Positions 11,534 to 19,948 of a stretch of 32,000 nt of DNA are shown one piece after another (position 1 is the stretch's first letter; each line of letters begins with the position of its first letter). Source of the DNA: Stigmatella ashevillensis (GTDB lineage: Bacteria; Myxococcota; Myxococcia; Myxococcales; Myxococcaceae); NCBI RefSeq assembly GCF_028368975.1, contig NZ_JAQNDM010000002.1, forward strand, positions 2,024,007-2,056,006. Reading direction: 5' to 3'. The notes beneath the pieces were generated by a model. That model saw nothing but the letters and a program-made list of their open reading frames with translations, searched no databases and was not told where the DNA came from. The translations under genes and the position numbers were made by a program.

Positions 11534-11562
11534 ACCGTAGCCAAGGCGCCCCCGGGACGCAA
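11534..11562 (-). promoter_or_regulatory. Weak candidate housekeeping promoter for lysS (TTGCGT-N17-TACGGT)
   Basis: On the minus strand, TTGCGT (11562..11557), 17 nt, TACGGT (11539..11534), in the gap upstream of the lysS ATG. Pattern match only. Confidence 0.3.
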
Positions 11563-11624
11563 CGCAACATGACGCCCGCCCCCTCCCTGGGAGTGGGCCC
11601 CAACCTTTTTCCGCCCAAGAGATA

Positions 11625-12008
11625 TTACGAGGCGGACATCATCAGGAAGGCCGCCACCGCCGCCGCCAGGAGCAACGGGATGAGCACTTCCACGGGGAAG
11701 CGGTAATACGTGTGGGCCAAGTGCAGCTTGCGCAGGCCGAACCGCCGCTCGCGCTTCACCCGGTTCAACACCATGGAGGCCAGGGCCTGAGGGGCTTTCT
11801 CCCGCTCCACCTGGCGCACCCGCAGGACCGTCTTCTCGTAGCGGACCCAGCCCGCACGGCACTCGTCGCACCCGTCCAGGTGACTGCGCACCGCCTGCGC
11901 CTGCGGCGGGGGCAGCTCCTCATCGGCGAGCGCGAAGAACAAGGCCTTCGCGTCGCGGTGGCTCAGTCGCGGTTCCACGCCCCTCAGTCTGTGCTGATTC
12001 GCGCTCAT
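11625..12008 (-). CDS. Zinc-finger anti-sigma factor (ZAS / zf-HC2 type) with C-terminal transmembrane segment
   Basis: RSHLDGCDECRAGW fits the HxxxCxxC ZAS motif. C-terminal hydrophobic segment VLIPLLLAAAVAAFLMMSAS. Overlaps the ECF sigma gene by 4 bp. Confidence 0.85.
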   Translation of the reverse strand: MSANQHRLRGVEPRLSHRDAKALFFALADEELPPPQAQAVRSHLDGCDECRAGWVRYEKTVLRVRQVEREKAPQALASMVLNRVKRERRFGLRKLHLAHTYYRFPVEVLIPLLLAAAVAAFLMMSAS

Positions 12009-12631
12009 TCCTCAAGCCGTCCCAGGATGTCCGCCAACTTCTCTCGTGCCCGGTGGAGGCGGCTCTTCACCGTCCCCTCGGGCAGCTCCGTGATGTCGAC
12101 AATCTCTTCGTAGCTCAACCCCTCGATTTCCCGGAGCGCCACCAGCATCCGCGCATCGGGTTCGAGCTGCGAGATGGCCCGCTGCACCCGGGCCCGCTCC
12201 CGCGCCGCGTCCAACATCGCATCCGGGGTGGGCGGCGCCTCCAGAACCCCCGAAAGTTCCTTCTCACCTACGTCCACATACTCAGCCGAGCGGCCCCGGC
12301 CCCGGCGGTTCAGGTACTTGAGCCGGTTGAGGCACTGGTTCTTGCTGATGCGGAAGAGCCACGTGGAGAGCTTCGCGTCCTCGCGGAACTTGCGCAGGTT
12401 CTGGTGGACGCTGACGAAGATTTCCTGGACCAGGTCGTGCGCCTCCTCCCGGTCCCCCAGCATCCGCACACAGAAGTCGTACACCCGGTCCTGGTGCTCC
12501 CGGACGAGCTCCTCGAAGGCCTCGGGCTCCCCCTGGCGCAACCGTGCCAGCAGCACGCGCTCGGCCGCACCCGGGCTCCCGGTGGCTCCTGTTGGCTCCT
12601 GTCCGATGCCGAGCACTCCGCTCAAGAACAC
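12005..12631 (-). CDS. ECF RNA polymerase sigma factor (RpoE-like)
   Basis: Region 2 (FEELVREHQDRVYDFCVRMLGDREEAHDLVQEIFVSVHQNLRKFREDAKLSTWLFRISKNQCLNRLK) and region 4 (LEPDARMLVALREIEGLSYEEIVDITELPEGTVKSRLHRAREKL). GTG start preceded by GGAGG. Confidence 0.95.
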   Translation of the reverse strand: MFLSGVLGIGQEPTGATGSPGAAERVLLARLRQGEPEAFEELVREHQDRVYDFCVRMLGDREEAHDLVQEIFVSVHQNLRKFREDAKLSTWLFRISKNQCLNRLKYLNRRGRGRSAEYVDVGEKELSGVLEAPPTPDAMLDAARERARVQRAISQLEPDARMLVALREIEGLSYEEIVDITELPEGTVKSRLHRAREKLADILGRLEE

Positions 12632-12708
12632 CCGAGACCTCCCGCGGCCTGGTGCGCAGGGAGCGTCCGAGGCCTACATCGGCCCCGGCCACCCTGCCCT
12701 CCGCTCCC

Positions 12709-12736
12709 TTGGACACCCGGGCCGCGCGAAGGTTCC
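12709..12736 (-). promoter_or_regulatory. Candidate ECF-sigma-type autoregulatory promoter (GGAAC-N18-TCCAA)
   Basis: On the minus strand, GGAAC (12736..12732), 18 nt, TCCAA (12713..12709), between the prfB stop and the ECF sigma start. Confidence 0.4.
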
Positions 12737-12749
12737 CCACTTCTTCCGG

Positions 12750-13872
12750 TCAGTCGACCGAAGCGCTGCGGTTGGGGTTCTTCACCCCCAGGAGCTGCGC
12801 GGTGACGAACTGCTCCAGGTCCCCGTCCAGCACCGCGTCCACATTGCCCGTCTCCACCCCGGTCCGCAGGTCCTTCACCATCCGGTACGGGGCCAGGACG
12901 TAGCTGCGAATCTGACTGCCGAAGCTGATGTCCTTCTTCTGCGCCTCCGCCGCGTCGCGCTCGGCCTCGCGCTTCTTGAGCTCCAGCTCGTAGAGCCGCG
13001 CGCGGAGAATCTTGAACGCCATGTCCTTGTTGGCTGACTGCGAGCGTTCCGTCTGGCAGGTGATGAGGATGTTGGTGGGCAGGTGGCGCAGCTGCGCCGT
13101 GGACGACGTCTTGTTCACCTTCTGACCGCCCGCGCCGCCACCGCGGATGAACTTCAGCTCGTAGTCCTTCTCCGGGATGTCGATGCGGATGGAGTCATCC
13201 ACCTCGGGGTAGACGTCCACCGACGCGAAGGCCGTCTGCCGGCGGGCGTTGGCATCAAAGGGGCTGATGCGCACCAGCCGGTGCACCCCCACCTCGGCCT
13301 TGAGGTAGCCGTAGGCGTACTCGCCCCGGATGTGCAGCGAGACGTTCTTGAAGCCCGCCTCTTCGCCCGCGACCATGTCGCTGATCTCGACTTCCCAGCC
13401 CCGCTCCTCGCAGAAGCGGGTGTACATGCGCATCAGCATGGCGGCCCAGTCCATGCTGTCCGTGCCGCCCGCCCCCGCGTTGATGTCCATGAAGCAGTTG
13501 CTGCGGTCGTTCTCGCCCGAGAGCATCCGCGCCAGCTCGAGCTTGGCGATGTCCGCCTCCAGCGAGGGCAACAAGCCCTCTGCCTCGGTGGCACTGGCCT
13601 CGTCGTTGGCCTCCTGGGCCAGCTCCATCAAGGTCTGAGCGTCGTCCAGGCCCCGGAGCGTCTTGTCAAAGGCGGCCACGCTGGCCTCCAGCGTGGACTT
13701 CTCCTTCAGCAGGGCCTGGGCCTTGGTGTTGTCGTCCCAGAAGTTGGGGAGCGTGGAGTCACGGTCGATCAGCGAGATGCGGGACCTCTTGCGGTCGAGG
13801 TCAAAGATGCCCCCGGAGCGCCAGCAGACGCTCTCGCAAACCGTTGATCTTCTCCATCGTGTCGTTCGCCAT
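12750..13872 (-). CDS. prfB: Peptide chain release factor 2, expressed by programmed +1 ribosomal frameshift
   Basis: Frame 0 is ATG at 13872: MANDTMEKINGLRERLLALRGHL, ending in an in-frame TGA (13803..13801). The +1 frame then continues DLDRKRSRISLIDRDSTLPNFWDDNTKAQ...GGAGGQKVNKTSSTAQLRHLPT...GSQIRSYVLAPYRMVKDLRTG. It contains the RF GGQ motif and totals about 373 aa. Confidence 0.95.
13801..13816 (-). promoter_or_regulatory. RF2 programmed +1 frameshift signal: SD-like CGGGGG, spacer CAT, slippery CTT, stop TGA, followed by C
   Basis: The minus strand reads GCTCCGGGGGCATCTTTGACCTC. It is nearly the same as the E. coli prfB signal AGGGGGTATCTTTGAC. Confidence 0.93.
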
Positions 13873-13904
13873 GGCTCAATCCTCGTCAGCACGCAGCCCG
13901 CGCG

Positions 13905-15212
13905 CTAGGGGGTCTTCAGGGAAGACGAAAGAGACTGTTCACCCGGCGGCCGAAGCGTCGCGCGGCTTCGCACCCGGTCCAGCCAGAAAGCGCCCGCGAA
14001 GCCCACCGAGATGGGCAAGAGGAGCGCGATGAGCCGCCAGTTGTCCTGGTTGAACAGGGGCAGGACCTTGAGCACCAGCCCGAGCCCCCCCAGGCCCGCC
14101 AACACACACCACAGGGTCACCAGCCGCGCCCGGGCCTTCACCGAGCCCCATGCGAACTGAAGCCCCAGCGGCACCAACAGCAACGTCACCGGGTTGGCCA
14201 GGAAGAGGTTCTCGTTGCGGTACGTCACCGTGTGGTTGGTGACCAGCCACATGATGAACAAGGCCGTGCCCGGCAAACCGAACACCAACCCCAGCACCAC
14301 GTGCTCCAACCCGAGCAGAACCCGCGGCCACCGGCTGCCCCGGCGTCCCCAGGCCATCAGCCCCAGGGCGCTCGCGCCCACGGCGAGCCCCATCACCAAC
14401 ATCCAGGGGGCATAGCCAGGCGGCTGCTCCGGTACCGCGGGCCGGTCCGACTGGAAGTAGGTCCAGCCCTTCGCCAGGAGGGGGGCCTTCTGCCCATCCG
14501 GACGCTCCACCTGAAGCGCGGCCACCTGCCGCTCCAGCTCGTCCGGCAGGAAGGCCTCCTCCCAGCGGGTGATCGGCCGGTCGATCTCATCGTTCATCAG
14601 AAAGTCGAGCAGCACGCTCATGGGCGGGCTCACCGCGGTGTAACGGCGCGTGTGCTCCCGCAGCGTCATCCGGGCGGGGGCGCGGTCTGCCTGCCGGAGC
14701 TGCCCTCCCACGGCCCGGTCGATCATGTCGCGAAGCCGCGTGACGCAGTTGTCGTCGTAGTGGTGGTACAGGTACTCGCGGTTCTCCGGCAGGACGTTGT
14801 CCGCGAGCAGGCTGCCCATCAACAACCGCTGCTCGGGGGTCAGGTTCAGCACCTGGACGCGGACATCGCGGTCGAGCGCCTCATAGTGCCGGTAGGTCCC
14901 CGCCACGCTCGCCTCGTCCACCCAGAACTCGAGCCGCCCCATCGCGTAGCGGCTCAGCATGGTGCTGTCGAAAGAGAACATGCCGTAGTTGTAGAGGCGC
15001 TGCTTGCCCAGCCGCGTGTCCTCCACGACGAGGGAGCCATGCCCCCACCAGGAGGCCACATCGTCCCCCGGGCTGAAGGTCACCAGGGAGATGACCAGGT
15101 CCTCGCCCCGGCTCTCCCCCGTTCCCCACGGGGGGCGGGCAGCGGCGTGGACAGGGGCCGCGAGCAGCAATGGGCCAATCAGGCAGATGAGCAGGGGCAC
15201 AAGGCGAGGCAT
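13905..15212 (-). CDS. DUF4105-like (Lnb N-terminal periplasmic-domain-like) protein with C-terminal membrane helices
   Basis: MPRLVPLLICLIGPLLLAAPVHAAARPPWG...VISLVTFSPGDDVASWWGHGSLVVED...YNYGMFSF... followed by several TM-like segments. Start revised from 15662 to the ATG at 15212 because the upstream translation is low-complexity read-through overlapping ybeY; the ATG at 15248 is an alternative. Confidence 0.8.
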   Translation of the reverse strand: MPRLVPLLICLIGPLLLAAPVHAAARPPWGTGESRGEDLVISLVTFSPGDDVASWWGHGSLVVEDTRLGKQRLYNYGMFSFDSTMLSRYAMGRLEFWVDEASVAGTYRHYEALDRDVRVQVLNLTPEQRLLMGSLLADNVLPENREYLYHHYDDNCVTRLRDMIDRAVGGQLRQADRAPARMTLREHTRRYTAVSPPMSVLLDFLMNDEIDRPITRWEEAFLPDELERQVAALQVERPDGQKAPLLAKGWTYFQSDRPAVPEQPPGYAPWMLVMGLAVGASALGLMAWGRRGSRWPRVLLGLEHVVLGLVFGLPGTALFIMWLVTNHTVTYRNENLFLANPVTLLLVPLGLQFAWGSVKARARLVTLWCVLAGLGGLGLVLKVLPLFNQDNWRLIALLLPISVGFAGAFWLDRVRSRATLRPPGEQSLSSSLKTP

Positions 15213-15286
15213 GTTCCGTCCAACACGCGGGAGGTGCCTACCTATCATGTGCCCCGGATGGCACAACCGCGAGCTTCGTCCGTCCG

Positions 15287-16183
15287 TCAGACGAGCCGCC
15301 GGACACGATCGGCTCGGACCGCGTCCGCCACCATTCCCCGCTCCCCGAGCAGCTTCTCCTCCAGGGACGCCATCTTCCGGGCATCGTAGGTGCGCTCGTG
15401 GTCGTGCCCGAGCAGGTGCAGCAGGCCATGCGCCAGGTAGCGGGCCATCTCGGACTCCATCGTCCGGCCATACTCCTTGGCCTGGCGCTTCGCGGTGTCG
15501 ATGGAGATGACCACGTCCCCGAGCTGCCGCGGCCCGGGGGTCCCCTTGGGCAGATCCCCGGCGGGAAAGCTCAGCACGTCCGTGGCCTTGTCCTTCTTGC
15601 GCCAGGTGCGGTTGAGCCTTCGGATGGCCCTGTCCCCCACCAGGGAGAGGGACAGCTCGCACCCGCGCAGCTCCAACCGGTCCAGGAAGGTGCGCCCCAG
15701 CGACGCGAGCGACCGGGCAAAACCCTCCCCCTGCGAGTGGGCCACCTGCACCGTGACGTGGTTGTCCCGGGGCGGCGGGGCCACGGGCACCTCCACGTGG
15801 GCCAGCTCCGGACGGAACGCCGGTGCACAGATGGACCAGTAGTCGCAGGCCCCCTTTCCATCGTTGCGATAGAGGACGCGACTGCCTCGCGGCACCAGCC
15901 CCACCTCGCCCGGACCAATGCGCTCGCGCTTGCCGTCGATGACGATCGTCAGCTCGCCCTTCTGCACGAGCACCACTTCGTCGAACTCGGGCTTCTGCGC
16001 AGGCTTGGACCAGCCCGGCGGCGCCAGCATGCGCGCCACGGACGCGGAGGGGGTGTTCGTGGTGGCCGCGCCGACGAACTCCTCGATGCGCTTGCCGTCC
16101 TCACGGGGAATGAGCTTGCCCTTGCGCAGTCTCACAATAGGTTTTCCTTGGGCGGATGCTTCAGGCGCTCCGGGCCTTGCCAT
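15287..16183 (-). CDS. ybeY: Fusion protein: N-terminal cupin domain plus C-terminal endoribonuclease YbeY
   Basis: C-terminus has ...KKDKATDVLSFPAGDLP...LGDVVISIDTAKRQA... and the zinc motif HGLLHLLGHDHE, a YbeY hallmark. N-terminal ~130 aa contains KPEFDEVVLVQKGELTIVIDGKRERIGPGEVGLVPRGSRVLYRNDG, a cupin pattern. Confidence 0.9.
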   Translation of the reverse strand: MARPGAPEASAQGKPIVRLRKGKLIPREDGKRIEEFVGAATTNTPSASVARMLAPPGWSKPAQKPEFDEVVLVQKGELTIVIDGKRERIGPGEVGLVPRGSRVLYRNDGKGACDYWSICAPAFRPELAHVEVPVAPPPRDNHVTVQVAHSQGEGFARSLASLGRTFLDRLELRGCELSLSLVGDRAIRRLNRTWRKKDKATDVLSFPAGDLPKGTPGPRQLGDVVISIDTAKRQAKEYGRTMESEMARYLAHGLLHLLGHDHERTYDARKMASLEEKLLGERGMVADAVRADRVRRLV

Positions 16184-18674
16184 CGCTCTTGCCGTCCGGC
16201 TTCACGGTGGAGGCCACCATCAACGGTGCCGTCTTCGGCCCTCCACCCATGGCTCCGGCCGGGTACTCAGGGCGCGCATGGTAGATCCCCTCCAGCGTGT
16301 GCAGGAAGGAATCCGAGATCAGATTCAAATCCTTGAGTGTCAGATCGCACTCATCAAGCTGCCCCTCGGAGAAGATGATGTTGATCATCTTCTGCACCTG
16401 CGCGTGCAGCTTCGCCTTCGTGGGCTCGGGCATGGCGCGCGTGGAGGCCTCCACCGCATCGGCGATCATGACCAGCGCCGCCTCACGGAACTGAGGCTTG
16501 GGGCCGGGATAGCGGTAGATGCTCTCGTCGAGCGGCTGGGCGTTCTCCTTGCCCTCCTGCTCCTTGACGGCCTTGTGGAAGAAGTAGCCGACCAGCCGCG
16601 TGCCGTGGTGCTGGGGGATGGCGTCCGCCACCAGCTTGGGCAACCGGTACTGGCGGGCCATCTCCAACCCCTCCGTCACGTGGCGCTTGATGATGACGGC
16701 GCTCATCGCCGGGGCCAGCGAATCGTGCCGGTTCTCCCCCTTCTGGTTCTCACCGAAGAAGAGCGGGTTCCGGCCCTTTCCAATGTCGTGGTAGTAGGCG
16801 CACGAGCGCGCCAGCAGCGGGTTCGCGCCAATGGCCTCGGCCGCGTTCTCCACCAGCGAGCCGATGATGATGGAGTGGTGGTAGGTGCCCGGCGCCTGGA
16901 CGATGAGCTCCTTGAGCGCCGGGTGGTTCAGATTGGCCAGCTCCAACAGCTTGATGTCCGAGGCGTAGCCAAAAACGGACTCCAGCAGCGGCGTGAGCGC
17001 CATCACCATCACCGGGACCGCCAGGGCCGTGCCCACCCCCGCGAACAGCGCGGTGAGCACCGTCTCCGTGGTGAGCCCCTTGCCCTCCACCAGGAAGAGG
17101 AAGAGCACGGCCACCAGCTCCACCACGCCCGTGACGAGGCCCGCCTTGAAAATGCCCACCCGGTCGCGCGCCCGGGTGATGCGGTCCGCCGCCACCAGCG
17201 AACCCACCAGCGTGTAGATGCCAAAGGACAGGGAGTTGCCCAGCATCACGCCTGCCAGACACGCCAACACCAGCGCGAAGAAGAGCGACAGCTCCTCGGA
17301 GAGGAGGAAGCGCACGAGCATCGCGCCCGCCGCCATCGGGAAGGCGTAATAGAGCGCCTCGATGGGCAGCTCCGTGTAGCGGTCCTGGATGGCGTCCGCG
17401 ATGGACACCCAGAGCTGGAGCAGCCCCAGCACCCCCACCAGCAGCAGGCCCAGCAACATGCCGTCCTTGCGCGTGGGCCGGAAGCGCCGGAACGCGGTCC
17501 GGCAGAAGGCAAAGGAGGCGGCAATGAGCAGCGCGACCAGGCCCGTGCCCCCCACCTGAAGCTGGAGCAGGTCCAACCGGTCGGTCTGCGCCCGCATCCC
17601 CTTGAGGATGACCAGGTGCGTCTCGTTGACCAGCTCCCCGTCTCCGATGACGCGCTGGCCCTTCTTCATGGAGATGACGGCGTCCTTCACCGCATCCGAG
17701 GCCCTCAGACGCCTCGCGTTCGTCTCCGCGATGTTGATGGTGAGGTTGGGCCGCACCAGCCGCTTGGCCAGCCGCAGCACCGCCCGCCGCTGCGCGCCCG
17801 GCGCATCGGGCAGCAGGTTTCCCGGAATGGAGGCAAAGCGGTCCAACTCCGAATGCGCCTCCCGCACGTCCAACACCCCGGGCGCGGTGCCCGGCAAGGT
17901 CTGCTCACCCGCGTGGCGCACGTCCCGGACGGTGATGCCCTGGGGGCCTTCCCGGGACAATTCTTCCCGGGAGCCACCGATGAACAGGGGGCCCCGCTCC
18001 GAGCCATAAGCGCGCTCCAGCAACGAGAGGGTGGCCACCTCGGCCTCCTCCGAGAATCCGTTGGTCAGGAGCGCCTGGAAGTCCTCCGCCTCCATGGCCG
18101 CATCCCGCTGGCCAAACAGCTGCTCCTGGAAGTCCGCCTGCAGCGACTCGCGCTCCTTGCGCTGCCGCTCGGTCTCCTGGGGCGTGAGCGCGGCCGGCTT
18201 GCGGCCGGGCTTGACCACCTCCCGGCGCGCCTCGGGCTCCTCTCCCGCTTGAGCGCTCTCCTCGGCCGCCTTGGCGGCCAGGCGGGCACGCAGGTCCGCG
18301 AACGCACTCTTCACGGCGCTGCGGACATCCGCCCCCACCCCGGGATTCAAGTCATACACCGGCCGCACGGAGCCCCGGGCTTCCTGGCGCCGCTGCTCCG
18401 TCATGGCACTGTGGCTGATTTCGTAGTCCCGCGCGGCCTTGAAGCCCGCGGGCGAGTTGGCCCGGAAGGGCTTGCCCAGGTGCTCCTCGGCCAGCGCTGG
18501 AATCTGCTGGCTGTAGAGCCCCGGGGAAATGACAAAGCCGGCGGCCACCGAAACGATGAGCAGCAGCAGCACGTGCGTCACGCGCCTGCCCCACAGCTCG
18601 CTGCTCAACTTGAGACGGCGGGTGAAGGCGTCCACTGGGCTGGGCCCAGGGGGCGAAGGTTCCGGTTCGGCCAT
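16161..18674 (-). CDS. pgpH: 7TM-HD family phosphohydrolase (PgpH/YqfF-like, putative cyclic-di-AMP phosphodiesterase)
   Basis: N-terminal TM, extracytoplasmic region, multi-TM block, then an HD domain (PGTYHHSIIIGSLVENAAEAIGANPLLARSCAYYHDIGKGRNPLFFGENQKG...IPQHHGTRLVGYFFHKA). Start revised to the ATG at 18674, which is preceded by GAGG. Confidence 0.9.
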   Translation of the reverse strand: MAEPEPSPPGPSPVDAFTRRLKLSSELWGRRVTHVLLLLIVSVAAGFVISPGLYSQQIPALAEEHLGKPFRANSPAGFKAARDYEISHSAMTEQRRQEARGSVRPVYDLNPGVGADVRSAVKSAFADLRARLAAKAAEESAQAGEEPEARREVVKPGRKPAALTPQETERQRKERESLQADFQEQLFGQRDAAMEAEDFQALLTNGFSEEAEVATLSLLERAYGSERGPLFIGGSREELSREGPQGITVRDVRHAGEQTLPGTAPGVLDVREAHSELDRFASIPGNLLPDAPGAQRRAVLRLAKRLVRPNLTINIAETNARRLRASDAVKDAVISMKKGQRVIGDGELVNETHLVILKGMRAQTDRLDLLQLQVGGTGLVALLIAASFAFCRTAFRRFRPTRKDGMLLGLLLVGVLGLLQLWVSIADAIQDRYTELPIEALYYAFPMAAGAMLVRFLLSEELSLFFALVLACLAGVMLGNSLSFGIYTLVGSLVAADRITRARDRVGIFKAGLVTGVVELVAVLFLFLVEGKGLTTETVLTALFAGVGTALAVPVMVMALTPLLESVFGYASDIKLLELANLNHPALKELIVQAPGTYHHSIIIGSLVENAAEAIGANPLLARSCAYYHDIGKGRNPLFFGENQKGENRHDSLAPAMSAVIIKRHVTEGLEMARQYRLPKLVADAIPQHHGTRLVGYFFHKAVKEQEGKENAQPLDESIYRYPGPKPQFREAALVMIADAVEASTRAMPEPTKAKLHAQVQKMINIIFSEGQLDECDLTLKDLNLISDSFLHTLEGIYHARPEYPAGAMGGGPKTAPLMVASTVKPDGKSDGKARSA

Positions 18675-18783
18675 TCGATTCCTCACCCTATGAGAGCCTG
18701 GGCGGCTACATCAAGGACGCAGGGCACCGGAACATTTCTCCGGTGCCGCCGTCACTGCCCGGCCGGCTGGCCAGGTACTCGGA

Positions 18784-19866
18784 TCATGTAGCGAGCGGCT
18801 CCTCGACCTCCGGGGTTTCGGGCACGGCGGGTTCCAGCGCCTCCTGGGCTGCCTGCTCCCGGGTGGCGGCTTCGGCCTTGGCGGCCTCGGCCTTGTCGTA
18901 GGCGCGGATGACCTCCTGCACCAGCGGGTGGCGGACCACATCCACCTCGGTGAACTCCGAGAAGCAGATGCCCTCGATGTTCTTGAGGATGGAGCGGGCA
19001 TGGTTGAGGCCCGACATCTTCCCCACCGGGAGGTCCACCTGCGTCACATCGCCGGTAATCACCGCCTTGCTGTTGTAGCCCAAGCGCGTGAGGAACATCT
19101 TCATCTGCTCGACGGTGGTGTTCTGCGCCTCGTCGAGGATGACGAAGGCGTCATTGAGCGTCCGGCCTCGCATGAAGGCCAGCGGTGCCACCTCGACGAC
19201 GCCCTGCTCCACCAGTTGGGTCGCGCGCTCGCCCGCCATCATGTCGTTGAGCGCGTCATACAGGGGGCGCAGGTACGGGTTCACCTTCTCGGCGATATCG
19301 CCCGGCAGGAAGCCCAGCTTCTCGCCGGCTTCCACCGCGGGCCGGGCCAGGATGATGCGCTTGACCTTGCGCTCCTGAAGGAAGGCCACCGCCATGGCCA
19401 TGGCCAGGTAGGTCTTTCCCGTGCCCGCAGGCCCGATGCCGAAGACGATGTCGTGGGCGCGGATGGCTTCCACGTACCGCTTCTGCGCCAGGCTCTTGGG
19501 AGCGATCTGCCGGTTGCCCGAGCTCTTCAGCACCGGCCCCAGCATGACCTCCTGCAAGGACTCCGTGCCCCGCCCCAGCACCTTGATGCCTTGCTCCACA
19601 TCCTCCCGGTACACGGAGCGGCCCGCCCGGATCATCTCCTCCAGGTTCTCCACCAGCCGCACGGCGAAGGCGACGGCGTCCGCGGGCCCCGACAGGTGCA
19701 GTTCCGTGCCGCGCTGCCCCACTCGGACACCGAGGCGCCGCTCCATGAGCTTCAGGTTCTCGTTCTGATTGCCGCACAGTGCCAGGGCGGTCTCATTGTC
19801 GCGGACATCGACCTTGGCGGAGGTGGGACGGACAGCAGGAGCTTCCAAAGTGGAGGGGTTTCTCAA
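18784..19866 (-). CDS. phoH: PhoH-family ATPase (YbeZ-like)
   Basis: [81 protein letters not shown]. Start is probably TTG at 19866. Confidence 0.95.
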   Translation of the reverse strand: MRNPSTLEAPAVRPTSAKVDVRDNETALALCGNQNENLKLMERRLGVRVGQRGTELHLSGPADAVAFAVRLVENLEEMIRAGRSVYREDVEQGIKVLGRGTESLQEVMLGPVLKSSGNRQIAPKSLAQKRYVEAIRAHDIVFGIGPAGTGKTYLAMAMAVAFLQERKVKRIILARPAVEAGEKLGFLPGDIAEKVNPYLRPLYDALNDMMAGERATQLVEQGVVEVAPLAFMRGRTLNDAFVILDEAQNTTVEQMKMFLTRLGYNSKAVITGDVTQVDLPVGKMSGLNHARSILKNIEGICFSEFTEVDVVRHPLVQEVIRAYDKAEAAKAEAATREQAAQEALEPAVPETPEVEEPLAT

Positions 19867-19948
19867 TGCGTTTCGTGCCTCGCTTCAAGTTCCCGGAGTC
19901 AACGTAACGTCGCCCCCCAGGCCGGGAAAGGAGGCAGGCGTGGAATCG

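Noticed and set aside
11580-11625. GC-rich stretch next to an A/T run downstream of the anti-sigma gene as an intrinsic terminator
   Set aside because: The T-run is on the plus strand (A-run on the transcribed minus RNA), and the potential stem has almost no loop, so it does not fit a terminator for the minus-strand gene.
15213-15662. N-terminal extension of the DUF4105 protein ORF to 15662
   Set aside because: Overlaps the ybeY coding region in another frame, and a signal peptide starts cleanly at the ATG at 15212.
15918-18791. 957-aa plus-strand ORF antisense to pgpH
   Set aside because: Compositionally biased translation (His/Arg/Gln/Leu rich) directly opposite a well-supported HD-phosphohydrolase gene. 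Long antisense frames are expected in high-GC coding DNA.
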